Positions 1-13,834 of a stretch of DNA of 64,000 nt are shown piece after piece (within the stretch, counting starts at the first letter, position 1; each line of letters starts with the position of its first letter). Position numbers and translations under genes: made by a program. Under the pieces are notes generated by a model, which saw only the letters and a list, made by a program, of their open reading frames with translations, was not told where the DNA came from and did not search any database. This DNA is from Eledone cirrhosa (lineage: Eukaryota): contig OZ024743.1 of NCBI GenBank assembly GCA_964016885.1, forward strand, positions 73,346,001 through 73,410,000, given 5' to 3'.

Positions 1-1370
1 TATGAATTTGAGTCCATCAAAGATAAAATCTGTTTTAATGCGTGTGTGTAATTTAGATTGATGTGTGTCTAGCCAATATTCAATTGACATTATTCCATTG
101 TCATAGGTTATGTCCGTATATAAGTTGACAAAAATTGTGTTCACTGTTTTTGGAAGATAATTCAGCGTGTCTAGGTCATCTCGTATTGTAGCACTTCACA
201 TGTTTTAACTAGGGCTTTAAAAGTATGTCCAGGAAGTTACTCAGTGTGCGTGTTACACATGCAGGGCCTGCTATAACAGGCGTAAGGTATAATTGCCTGG
301 GAGTGTTAACTGGAAATATTTGTTTTTCGAGGTTTTACGAGTGTCATTTATCAGTTTACATCTATGTATTTTCGGTGGGCCGTAAAATATGCTAGCTTTT
401 TATTTGGTTAGACCGTTGCAATACTTATGTTAAAAGATGTTCCATTATTTGGTTATTGTTTGTTGTTGGCTTAATTATTGTCGTCTAATAATTTCAGTGC
501 CAAATATTTATAGTAGTGTGTGTTTATGATGGCTACAGTGCTTTCTTTATCGACGTATTTATTAGTGATTTCAGTGTTTTCTTATAAATCGATTAGGTTT
601 TTCCATTGATGTTTTGAGAAATTTGATTTGGTTTTTCTATTTACAATTTTTCAAAGGGAATTTTCATAATGTGTTCGCAATAGGATTCTAGTAGAATTCA
701 TAATGTGTTCGCAGTAGGATTCTAGTCCTTTATTCCTTCCTTTCTTCGGGCAGAAATCACGTTTCTTCTTAGCTAGTGATTCATCTTCATTGTCATTGTT
801 TTCTGAGAAACAAACCAGCTAATCTGAGCTTTTGACAACATTCCGTGATGGCGATTTTCATTTTGGGGATGTTTGATCTTTAGAGGTGGGTGTAAATTTC
901 AGTCCCTTGTATATTATATCTATTTGCGTTTTTATAAATGTTTTCTTTGAGATGTTGATTCCCTTCGTTTTCTCGTGTTTGGAGGCCATCGACTGTCGTT
1001 GTATTTCTGTCATTGTGCTAAATACCATTATTTTCAGTGCAGCTGTTGTTTGTTGTTACTCTGTTTCGTGTTGGTCTGTGCAAATGATTGTAGAGTAGGG
1101 GTGATACCTTTTATAGTCGCGCTTGTGTAAGGGTTCTGTTGGAATTTCATGTAGTTTGCATGGATTTCCTTTGCAATTTGTAGGGCTTATGTTATGGAAT
1201 TGTCCATTGTCGTTTTGGAGTTTGGTTCTTTGGAAGATTTTTTTATTTTTGTAATCGTCATATCTGAAGAAGTGTCGGGATCCAATCACATGATCAAACC
1301 AAAGTTGTCGATATGGAAACAAATTGTAATATCTTATGAAATTTACAAAAAGCTTCAATTCTTATGGTCA
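1..1370 (-). mobile_element. Decayed Penelope-like element, N-terminal/RT region, runs off the window start
   Basis: Manual minus-strand translation across frameshifts gives INISKK..IIYKGLKFTPT, YGPPKIH, PVIAGPACVTRTLS and IRDDLDTLNYLP..VNLYTDI, matching PLE RT N-terminal motifs. Confidence 0.65.
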
Positions 1371-1377
1371 CTTTATA

Positions 1378-1680
1378 TATCTATCTATCTATCTAGGGCG
1401 GCTAAAATTCGTGAGATCCATGGACGAGTTCTCTCCAGCGGTCTCTGTCCCTCATTATCGCTGCCATGTCCTGCGTCTCCAATAGACCAGTGTCTGTCCT
1501 TAGGGCATCAACATACATTAACCTTGGTCTTCCTCTTCCAGTGTGTCCATACAGGGGCTCCCACAGGAGCACTGAGTGCAGTGTCAACTCTGGATGTCGG
1601 TGAGCATGTCCAGCTAACCTCAATCTCCTCTGTGTCACTTTTGAGCTGAATTTTGGGTGGCTCCCATACAGCTCTGAGGA
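1378..1680 (-). mobile_element. RTE-clade LINE 3' end with (GATA)n tail
   Basis: RRLRLAGHAHRHPEL..VLLWEP..GRGRPRLMYVD C-terminal motif, followed by a short tandem-repeat tail. Confidence 0.75.
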
Positions 1681-2526
<846 letters not shown>

Positions 2527-2545
2527 TGTATATATATATATATAC

Positions 2546-2796
2546 TAAACATAAAGGGAATCAAATGCTGTGTGCAGGAGAGGAGATTGCGTTGGTATGG
2601 ACATGTGTTGCATATTAAGGATGACAGCTGTATACAAAAGTGCAGACCACTCAAAGTTAATGAAAACTTTGGAATGGGGAGACACAGGCAGACTTGGGAA
2701 GAGGTGATTAAAGCCGACCTTGCCCAATTGCACTTCTCAAAGAGGATGAAACATGACCAGGATCTCTGGCGATACGCAGTAATACAGAAGACCTGA
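2546..2796 (+). mobile_element. RTE-type LINE 3' fragment
   Basis: RRLRWYGHV...GRHRQTWEEVIKADL motif. Confidence 0.65.
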
Positions 2797-3462
2797 CTTC
2801 CCACGAGCACAAGATCTCATACCAATGGAGTAAAGGCCAAACTAAATGCATCCTGTAAATCACCCCCCCCCCCCCCAGCCCACTCTGTAAAGTGGCCGCG
2901 ATGGTGACACGGCAAAAAGTGCCCAGCCCACTCTGTAAAGTGGTCGTGTAGGTGTCGCGACAAAAAGCACCCAGTACTCACTGTAAAGAGAGGTTGACGT
3001 TGGCAAGGCATCCAGCTACAGCAACTAAGCCAGAACCAGACCGGTATGAAGAAGACATGGTCACCTGACCTAGGGATTGCCGACGACAGGACAATACTGC
3101 TTAGCTCATGCTTGCGTGGAAAATGGACGTAAAGACGGAGGTGACGATGATGATATGTGCGTATATATACAAATATGTATATATAGATCATGTGTGTATA
3201 TATGTATATAACATCCAGCCCACACTGTAAAGTGATCGTGTAGGTGTCATGACAAAAAGCTTCTAGCCTACACTGTAAAGTGGACGTGTAAAAGACACGG
3301 CAAAAAGCACCCAGCACACACTTTCAATGTGGTTGGCATTAGGAAGGGCATCCAGCCGCAGAAAATCACCCAAACCAACGTGCCTCTAAATGGGACAAAC
3401 CCATGTCTAACCCATGCTAGCCTTGAAGATGGAGGTTAATCGATGATGATGATGATGATGAT
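2797..3462 (+). mobile_element. SINE-like/non-autonomous repeats with internal ~50-bp subrepeats and (GAT)n tails
   Basis: Repeated cccagcc-cactctgtaaagtgg modules and ggaagggcatccagc motif; two gatgat tails. Confidence 0.55.
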
Positions 3463-3727
3463 AAGCAACATATTTCACCATAACAATCGGGATTTTATAC
3501 TGGAATGTTCATCTTTTGCTCTTATATAGACTCATTGATTGCATGTTTCAATTCAGAAAATAGAATTGTACTCATGTATTTACAGTACTAATGTAATATA
3601 TAAATAAACATTGAATTGTACAGTATTTCTATTTCATCCCACGAAACAGGTGATCACATCGAATGTTGGGTGTTTTATACCAAAATTCTTTATAAACTTC
3701 AACACCTACATATATATATATATATAT

Positions 3728-4070
3728 TTCGCTTCTGAATTTGTTTAGCAAGATTCTTTATCTGAAATCGTGTGTTGAAACCGATATTGTTATACTTTGG
3801 GAGGGTCATGTTGCCAATAATAAAACACACGCACCAGTTGATTTCACTTCAATTTATTATAATAAATTTATAATAAATTTATAAATTTCTGGTTGGTTGG
3901 TTGGTTCCACAACCAGATAGTTGTTTATACATAGTCATAGTTCTTTCGTCACACACTCTGTGGCCTCTTCAGTGACTGGGGATTCCTTTCTTTGTTTCTG
4001 TGCCTCTCCTTTGAAGTGAAAGCAACTGGTGCGTGTGTTTCTTATTGGCAACATGACCCTCCCAAAGTAT

Positions 4071-4078
<8 letters not shown>
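3728..4078. mobile_element. Mini inverted PLE terminus in (TA)n, related to the 37.3-44.6 kb element
   Basis: 3784-3852 is the reverse complement of 4011-4078; shares atattgttata(c/t)tt(t/g)gggagggtcat with 37373-37398; TA on both sides. Confidence 0.75.
3933..3977 (-). ncRNA. Type I hammerhead ribozyme motif
   Basis: agtca-CTGAAGA-ggccaca gagtg tgtgac-GAAA-gaac-TA-tgact; 5-bp stem I. Confidence 0.6.
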
Positions 4079-4116
<38 letters not shown>

Positions 4117-4169
4117 GAAAGGTATAGAAAGTATTGTAGCTAGAAGCCAACAGTATTCCATAATATATA

Positions 4170-4234
<65 letters not shown>

Positions 4235-4240
4235 ATACAC

Positions 4241-4303
<63 letters not shown>

Positions 4304-4305
<2 letters not shown>

Positions 4306-4392
4306 AGGTGTCCCAAAAAATGTATACACACAATATTTATTAAAATGCTGTTGAAATATTGAAGTATGTATACATTTTGGGGGGACATCCTG
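4304..4392. mobile_element. Tc1/mariner-type MITE
   Basis: Imperfect TIRs caaggtgtcccaaaaaatgtataca / tgtatacattttggggggacatcctg, flanked by TA. Confidence 0.7.
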
Positions 4393-4542
4393 TATATGTA
4401 TATATATATATTAGGAAAACAGGTGAGAAGTGAGGAGAAATTTAAAGAGAGATTTATTTGATCACAGCTGTTCTTTCACTAATGTTTACATAATCATTCC
4501 ACAAATACGATTTTAGGAACATAACATGAAACCTCTCTTATC

Positions 4543-5045
<503 letters not shown>

Positions 5046-5091
5046 ATATATATATATATATATACATACAGTATATATATGGACCGCATAA

Positions 5092-5124
<33 letters not shown>

Positions 5125-5311
5125 TTTAAGCGCTCCATAACTGTATATTGGATGAGTGTTTAGATTATAGTAGCTGTTAACGCTATATAACAAGAGACCT
5201 TTCTTCTAAGTATCCATTGTGGTCATACAGTTTGCAAATAGAATGTGAGTTTATGGGTTTTTTACTAGTAGTGTGCATTCATTGATTCTTCGGAGGATTT
5301 GCAGATTCGAA

Positions 5312-5490
<179 letters not shown>

Positions 5491-5570
5491 TTCTTTGTTT
5501 ACCTGTATGTACTTATAAGTACATTCAGATATATTAGGTGATTTAACAGAGAGTAAGTTTTAAAAGTGAA

Positions 5571-5720
5571 GTCGCATGGCTTAGTTGTTAGAGCATTGGG
5601 CTTGCAATCGAAAGGTTGTGAGTTCAATCCTCGGACCGGGTGATATGTTGTTTTCTTGTTTCTTTATTTCACGTTGTTTCCAGTTTACTCAGCTGTAGAA
5701 ATGAGATGATAGGACTGGGG
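5571..5720 (+). mobile_element. tRNA-derived SINE head
   Basis: A box tggcttagttgttag and B box gagttcaatcc, followed by non-tRNA body. Confidence 0.6.
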
Positions 5721-6669
5721 TCCCTATCACTAAATTACCCAAGATACCTGCAACGAGATATATCTTGGAGGAGGCCAGCTAAGCCTGCATAGGTGAGCTG
5801 TCACACACGCAAGTTTTAAAAGTGAGAAGGCAGGAGGTCAACGAAATAGCCAGGCTTGATATACAGAAAAGTATAATTAAAACTTCCATACAGCATTACC
5901 CATTGTAACCTACGGCTGCAAAAGAGTAGTAACCTTAAAAGCAAGTTAACGAAGAAGATAGACATTAGTTAGCATCCCTCAACTTCGTGGTTGGTTACTT
6001 AGAAGTATTTTATATCTTTTGATACACCATAGTTATCCTGTTTATTTTTGGCTTTATACAACTCTTTAAGAATTACAACCTCCTGTCTAGTATTCCAGAC
6101 CCTGACATCCCCCAAATACTTTCCTTAATACCCAAACTATTCGAATTCCTTCCACCCTCCTCTCTGCTCTCTGCTTCTTTCAATCTCTATTATGTAGGTT
6201 ATTTTTGTTTTCAAAGTCCCCTCTAATAAATATTATCTGGTCGTGATGAGAGGTTATATATATATATATGAATGTATTGAAAATCTATTAACTAAAGCTG
6301 CTTTTCTCTATAATTATTCTGTTCTTGTAGTTTCATGATATTATCTAGCCGTAATTTGTTTTCAAATCTAATAATACACAAATCTAATGAAACTAACATA
6401 AAGGTTAATTCAGGTCGAAAGTGTTTGTATGTATATTTCTGATATTACTTATGCCAAAATAGTAAGTACAAAATAGCAATAACCACTATATTCAAAATTA
6501 TATTCACCTTGTTTCCTTGTAATGATCGGTGATGTTTTCACGAGAGGTGTCTTTTAAGCTGATGATGTATATCGTACATTATTCTATGTACTGTACATGC
6601 ACCGTTGATGAGTTGTAGTGCACCTGAGCACTGTACACAATAATTTTATTATTATTATTATTTTATTAT

Positions 6670-7030
6670 TATAGTTTCAACGGAGAGAAATAAACTAAAG
6701 AGAAAGTAGTTGACCCAATCTATAGATCTTATGGGAAATGTAAAGGATAGTGCTTTGGTGGCGAAAGGGATTTTTGAAATGCAAAGACTTTCGGACATAG
6801 GCAAAGCTTTGAAAATTAATGATGATGCAGTGTCGTCATCTTTTGATAGAATACACGATTGAGATTTTGAGGAGCCACAAATCTCGAGAAGGAACTGATG
6901 AGTGGGGTTTATCCATCAACGTTCCTATGGCATAGAAATTCCAATTCCTGCTACAAGTGCCGGATTTAATCGGGCGAAAATGGGCAATTGCTCTCAGGCC
7001 CCTAACAGAGGGGGTCCCCACCGGCGACGG
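6670..7030 (-). mobile_element. Decayed CRE-like LINE fragment
   Basis: SG..NWN.YAIGTLMD and RH..LIFKAL resemble the CRE zinc-knuckle/RLE region; heavily degraded. Confidence 0.35.
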
Positions 7031-7188
7031 CTGTAGCAATTTATTTGTGCCCTTAGCCGAGCTTTTTGGTTTTAGTATGGTTAGAATTTTTGAATTTAAT
7101 ACCTGTATGTATAACTTTTCAATTCCAATTTCTTTAGCCAGGCTAACTTTGATATGTAAAATTGGGGGGTTTGCTGTTTATTCTATTT

Positions 7189-7270
<82 letters not shown>

Positions 7271-7500
7271 CCACCGCCGGACCCCCCCCCCCCCACACAC
7301 ACACACACACACCACCACCACCACCACCACCACCACCACCCAGCCCCCACTCCCGAAAAGAAACTGAAGTGCTGTGGGCCTCCTAAGGTCTAAATTCAAT
7401 CCTGCCTGCTACCAATCTAGTGATAAACATAGACACAAGTAATTTCGATGTTAGAGATGATTTTTATTTTAGAAATTTAGAAGTCGTCATGACATGTGTA

Positions 7501-7800
7501 ATAATGGTTTCTACTTTTGGCACAAGGCCAGCAATTATCCCAGTACATTACTGGTACTTTATTTTATCGACCCCGTAAGGATGAAAGGCAAAGTTAACCT
7601 CGGTGGGATTTGAACTAAGAATGACAAGGGCCGTAACTCTATGCGTCAAAGCATGGCGTCCGACCCTCTACCGCCATGCTTTGACGCATAGAGTTAAAGC
7701 ATGGCTGTAGAGGGTCGGACGCCATGCTTTGACGCATAGAGTTATTGTCATTCTGAGTTCAAATCCTGCCGAGGTTAACTTTGCCTGTCATCCTTACGGG
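7501..7800. mobile_element. Fold-back pair of the abundant tRNA-derived SINE
   Basis: Minus-strand copy 7501-7675, then a plus-strand partial copy with gagttcaaatcc..gaggttaactttgcc..catccttacggg. Confidence 0.75.
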
Positions 7801-7849
7801 AATGATCGTCAAGTAGGATAGCGCATTAAATGAATAAACTGAACAATTC

Positions 7850-8540
7850 AGCGAGTGTTTATATACGACAAGTCATGCTTTGACACATTCTCCGTCTCCA
7901 ACTTAGTTGCCTCGACCACAAACCCCGGAAGACAAACAAGAAGACAGGAAGACAAGCAAATAGTGGAGCTTGTCCGGCCGATTCTTCTTTGCACAATTTT
8001 CCATCGAGACCTCAGGTATTCTCGGACACCATACTACTCCGTAAAATCGGAACATCAGCTCATCTGAGGAAGGGTCCCAGCGAGGAGAGCTGACTGACGC
8101 AGTATTTGTCGCTGGCTATTGTCAGCGGAAATGTCTTTGCCATTTTGTCCGCGGAGCTTAGCCGACACACCACTCTGACATAGGTGTAAAGTCTGTAAGG
8201 TTTACCCCTTCCACCTTTCCTTCTTCCTTCCTCAAGTAGTACTGAATTAATTAAGACGGGTTTTTAATTTCTTGCGTTTACGATTAGGATGGAACTGGGT
8301 TGATTCACATGTTCTCTCAGGTTCTAAAAAATAGGTGGGTGGAGGGAATCGAAAATTTTTCTAGGTTGTTTCCCTTGAGGTTTTTAAAAACCATAATTAG
8401 TCGTTTACTTTACGTTTTGAGACCCCAACCCATCCTATTTATTTTGTAATGTTCTTTAATTTTTGTCATGTATAATGTTTTTGTTTTTTTGTTATATCTA
8501 AAGAAAATTAATTGTCGCAAGAATTCTACCACTTAAAATA
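7850..8540 (+). mobile_element. CRE-like (restriction-like endonuclease) LINE 3' end
   Basis: D.SCFDTFSVSNL, RFFFAQFSIETSGILG and LTQYLSLAIVSGNVFAIL match the CRE C-terminal consensus (P.A.ET.G..G; QR.SLAI.RGNA.SIL). Confidence 0.65.
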
Positions 8541-9399
8541 AAATTTCCTCGGAGATAGATTAGCCAAATTTAATAAGTAGTGGTGAAGCAATCTGAATAA
8601 TTAATAAGTTGGGTCGGGGAAGATTCTTCGAGACCCAAGAGTAAATTACATATTAAAAGTATGTGTATACGTTATTTCATTTTTAACAACGACGATTATG
8701 CCGGATAGTTAGGAATATGTTAAAATCATTAAGGAATACTAGCAGAAAAACCAGCCATCGGGTGGTTTTCTGCTAGCCTGTGTAGTGTGCATATTGATAT
8801 TATATGCAAGTGTATTTGCATGTAGATATGATACATCAAATAAAATCGTAATTGACAATATACACAGAAATTGAACGAAGACTGTGTTACACTGTCTTAT
8901 GTAATCAGTAACGTAATCCATGATACATTAAAAAAAGACGATATTATATGTAAACTGCATTAGGAGAAAATTAGTGACGGAAATATATGAATGTTTATTT
9001 AAGGGATCTCTAACAGGAAGTGTTCATTTGAAAGTTTTAAAGAAGTGAATCTTTAAATAAACGATAAAATATATTTAATCAACAGCTACGAAATTTAGTA
9101 CATAAATTATGTAATATTCATTCATTATTTATTCAAAGTAATCCAACTTATTTTACTAATGGTATTAAAAAAATTATAAACCGTAGGCAGTCCCGCACTC
9201 CTTACTTTATTATAGTTTAGATACATCATAAATAAAAGGTTACACTGGTTTTATTCGTCTGTCGTTTAGCAAGTTGCATAGAATCTTGTTCAATATATGT
9301 ATAGTGCGGTAATATAGAGTGCGACATTTCTATTATACAAACCTTATAATCTTTTGTGAAACATCAAATTGTTTTTCACTATTTTAGAATTGTACGACA

Positions 9400-9585
9400 G
9401 GTAATTGGCAGTATCGGTAGAGGGCTGGACTCCATGCTTTCTAGCATAGTTACGTCCCTTTACAGTCTGAGTTCAAATCCCGCCGAGGTTAACTTTGCCT
9501 TTCATCCTTACGGGGTCGATAAAATAAAGTACCAGTAATGTACTGGGTAATTGCTGGCCTTGTGCCTAAAGTAGAAACAATTATA
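9400..9585 (+). mobile_element. tRNA-derived SINE (Nin-like domain)
   Basis: ttggcagtatcggtagag..gagttcaaatcccgccgaggttaactttgcctttcatccttacggggtcgataaaataaagtaccag; about 10 copies in the window. Confidence 0.8.
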
Positions 9586-9694
9586 TTAAAGCAAAGTTTA
9601 CTCCTTCGTAGAGCAACGGTGAAATTGAATTTGACCATGACAAATTTAAGAGGGAAACCCTATACAATACGTGTATATACGTAATTATATATAT

Positions 9695-10105
9695 ACAGGC
9701 AATACTAAATTGCGTGCAAGAGGTGTAAGGGAGATAACCGCGAAAGTCCGAAAGTTTCTAGTTGATAAGAAAATTAGGATGCTGTTGGAATTCAATCCGA
9801 AGCTTTGTAGTTATGTAAGGGGTGTTTCCAGACGTGTGGACAACATGTGAAGAATTCATTTCTTGAGTTTAGGCAATCACTATTGCGTAATCTCTTTAGA
9901 ATAGTTATTCGTTCATCAATACATAGTCCACACGACGGATTGCCCCTTGCGTATGGCTTGGACTTAGTGATGGCTTTCCATTGAATGGAGTAGTCTATAC
10001 TTGAGTCCCATACGTGGCTCGCGAGTTTCGTGGATGAACGTCTGTCCGGGTACATAAAGCTCGACTGGTGGTTCAGGAAGCGTCCCTTAAATCGGCCCTT
10101 CGCCA
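9695..10105 (-). mobile_element. PLE GIY-YIG 3' fragment, same family as 45562-47720
   Basis: GRFKGRFLNHQS..SSTKLASHVW..CGLCIDERITIL..CPH, near-identical to ORF 47077-47406. Confidence 0.85.
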
Positions 10106-10295
10106 TATCTGTCCTTGATTTGGGTTGGGGTTCTTCTCTCTTTCCATATTGTTCTCTATTATTTTTTTTGAGTAAACATTTCCGGTTCATTTTCATCGGC
10201 AGAGGTTGAACAAGTTGGTCCTCAGGGCTAACGAAACGTACGTACCTGGTATGGCACCGTTGTAGTAACTGGCCTTGATTATGTTTATATATATT

Positions 10296-10390
<95 letters not shown>

Positions 10391-10671
10391 ACTTATAATC
10401 GTTAATGCTCACAGGATGGTTTTTGAGAGGACGTCTTATTTTCTGTTTTAACAGGAGCAAGCTTCATGGAATTTCTCTTGAGAGATTACAAACTAAGCCT
10501 GAAAGCATGGCGTTTGTCTCCGAATGGTTCCAACAAAACTATTCTTGACTGTCTTATTAATATGAGGAAAGTATTCATCCAAAAAGTGATAGTCGCAACA
10601 TCAGCTGAAAACACTCTTCTGCTACTGGAACATGTAAGTTAAATTATCCTTTAATATTTACTTACACAAGG

Positions 10672-10885
10672 GCAGTGGATTGGCAGTATCGGTAGAGAGT
10701 CGGACACCATGCTTTGCAGCATAGAGCTACGGCCCTTTATGATCTGAGTTCAAATCCCGTCGAGGTTAACTTTTCCTTTCATCCTTACGGGGTCGATAAA
10801 ATAAAGTACCAGTCACGCACTGGGGTCGATGTAATTGACTTCCCCCTCCCCCCAAATTGCTGGCCTTGTGCCTATATTAGAAACC
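10672..10885 (+). mobile_element. SINE copy
   Basis: Homologous to 9400-9585. Confidence 0.8.
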
Positions 10886-10982
10886 AATATTTACTTACAC
10901 AACCCTACCCAACAACAAAAAACAAACAACCTAAAGTAGCCAAAAACACACAAAAGAAAAGAAATTTACGCAGTTAAATATA

Positions 10983-11183
10983 ATCATTTCTACTATATGC
11001 ACAATGCCAGCTATTATTGGGGCGGGGAGTCGATTAAATCGAACCTAGGGCATCATTTTATCGACCCCGTAAGTATGAAAGGCAAAGCTAATCTTGGTGA
11101 GATTTGAACTCAGAACGTAAAAGGCCATAACTCTATGCCACAAAGCATGTTATCCGACGACCTAACGATACTGCCAATCTACC
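10983..11183 (-). mobile_element. SINE copy
   Basis: Reverse complement of the same SINE family. Confidence 0.75.
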
Positions 11184-11619
11184 ATCCTAAAAACAATATT
11201 ATTTTTCTTCTTTGGGGATTGAACTCTGAACAGTCACTGCTATTTAAAATTGGCAATTATATAATCACCAGTTGTACAACACATCCACCGTGTCTCTTCC
11301 TACACATTTACAAACCACAACAGAAAAATCCTTCCAAATTCCAAAGAGGATCTTAAGCCACACAGTATCAGGAACATGATTTAATATATACAATCTTTAA
11401 AAGAAAAAAAGAGCAATAAAAGAGGTGAAGAATATGAGAGAATAGATGTGAAATAAAGAATAAAAGAGATGAGAGAATGCTAGGAAGGAAGAATACAAAA
11501 AAAAAAACAGTAAAAAAATCACAGCATACAAAATTCAATTATTTATATAAATATGGACTTCAGGGATTACTTTTCTAGAAATAAATTTTTAAGTAATAGT
11601 ACTAGAATATATTTGTTTT

Positions 11620-11945
11620 GTTTTTTTAATTCTGTGGAAATGCCTTTGCAGTTTTGTCTGTGTGGCGCAGCCGAAACACCTCCCCGACATAGGTGTAGAA
11701 TCTGTCATTTTCTTCCCTTCCCCCTCTCTTTCTTCCTTACCTAATAGTTCGTCACAATTCCCTATAGTCCTTTCTCTTTTCCTCCTTTTCCTCTCATTTA
11801 TGACATTTATAGCCCTTTCTTCTACTTTCCTACAGAGCCAGATCTGCCCTTCTTTACTCCTTCTCCCCTTTTTCATTGCTTAATTTTGTTTTTATCCATT
11901 TTTTATATTTGCGATCATTTTATAACTTTTATTTGTACAATATAG
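11620..11945 (+). mobile_element. CRE-like LINE 3' UTR fragment
   Basis: ggaaatgcctttgcagttttgtc..gacataggtgtagaatctgt shared with 8125-8200 and 26120-27170. Confidence 0.5.
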
Positions 11946-12744
11946 CAGAGCTACAATGCTAATTTCGAATAAATTACAATTAGATAAACATATTTTTTTC
12001 GTGGGCAGAATCATTAGGAGGTGGGTAGACATCATTTAGTAAATATTTCAATATAACATTGAAATTCAATTAAGAAAACATAAACTGAAATTGTAATCAA
12101 TTATGTAAATGTTTAATTTTATTTAAACTATTACTGAGTTATTATTGTACAGCTTGTTACGATCGGTTCATGTAAATTTTCCAGTTTTAAAGATTTCATA
12201 TGTCTACAATAACTGAAATGAAAGAATCTTCACTCTAAATGCCCACTACAATTGTAATGCTGTCAAGGTGAAGCCCAAGCCTTTATATCTTGTACCGAAC
12301 ATATATCTTACATTTTTATTTCTTAACCACGAAAGGCAGCGACCTTGACCCTTTAATTGTTCAGATTGTCTGAGAGAAGTAGCAACAAACCGGATAGCTG
12401 ACACAGATGCCTGCACACCAATAGATGACAAAATGGCTCCAAGGATCAGATGATGCTGTTTATGTCTCCCAATCAAGAAAACAGAACTCAAAAGCCGAAA
12501 TAAATACGACTAGACATCTCGTCCAACGCTTTAATAATACCACCATTCCGCCATATTGGATTGGTACTTTCCAACCCCGAGTGGTAAAAAGGCAAAGTTG
12601 ATCTTGGGGTATGAGGGGTGTTGTTTTAACTCCAATCACTATAATAGCTCTGCCGAATTTACTGGGTAATCTGCATGTATATATTGCAGTGTATGACCAG
12701 CTTGAAATGGTATGATGTAATACTATGAACAAGGGGAACGTGGC

Positions 12745-13152
12745 TGGAAAGTACGTTGGGATGATATATAAATACGAATCAAAGCTATCTATATTTGATT
12801 TAATCTTGAAGATGAAAGAGACTACATGTGATTCTCTTTTGAAGTACATATCAAAGAATGTACTCCATTGGCGGCACTGAAAAGTACGTTGGGGTGACGA
12901 GACGAGATGTGATTCTCTTATGAGGTACATATTAAAGAATGTACTCCAATGGCGGCAGTGGAAAGTACGTTGGGATGATATATAAATACGAAACAAAGCT
13001 ATTTATATTTGATTTAATCTTGACGAGATGTGATTCTCTTATGAAGTACATATCAAAGAATGTACTTCGGTGGTGGCAGTGGAAAGTACGTTGAGGTGAC
13101 GAGATGAGATGTGATTCTCTTATCAAAGAATGTACTCCATTGGCAGCACTGG
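12745..13152. repeat. Imperfect modular minisatellite
   Basis: Four gaaagtacgttg modules alternating with gagatgtgattctctt..aagaatgtactcc modules. Confidence 0.8.
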
Positions 13153-13559
13153 ACGTAAAGTGATAATTTGTTCACTTCAAATGAATAAGTAAAAAATTAC
13201 ATGAGCACGATATATTTATTGATTTCACAGTTTGATTTAGATATGACGCCATTGACTCCCCGACATATATGATAACTGAACTAATTATATTTCAAGTGGA
13301 ATATTCTAATTGAAATAGGAAAGAGAAATGAGAATCTTTTAGGAAAGAAACGTGTTGATATTGAAAAAATATAATAAACTCCGAAATTATCTTGAATGTT
13401 CAACTGAAGACTGAGTTGACAACCAGCCAATTCCTGAATCTTGATTGACTCAGTGGAGTTAAGTTCAAACTAAACAATCGACAATGAAATTAAATCTTAT
13501 TTCCACTTCAAGTCAAATTACTTGTCCATCTAATCTAATATTATTTATTGCAGCAGGAA

Positions 13560-13561
13560 TT

Positions 13562-13622
<61 letters not shown>

Positions 13623-13708
13623 GAGGAGGAGGAGGAGGAGGGGGGGCAGCGGCAGTAGCAGCAGCAGGAGCAGCAGCAGCAGTAGTAGCAGTAGTAGTAG
13701 TAGTAGTA

Positions 13709-13780
<72 letters not shown>

Positions 13781-13782
13781 AT
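13560..13782. repeat. (TAG)n/(GGA)n/(GCA)n compound microsatellite
   Basis: Direct inspection. Confidence 0.95.
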
Positions 13783-13834
13783 GATTCTGATAATAAAAAT
13801 GACGATTTCGTTATTCATAATGAAAATAATGATT

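Noticed and set aside
5571-5645. tRNA gene
   Set aside because: A/B boxes present but the cloverleaf is imperfect and runs into a SINE body
12246-12491. 81-aa ORF or candidate exon in unique sequence
   Set aside because: No recognisable domain or convincing splice pair
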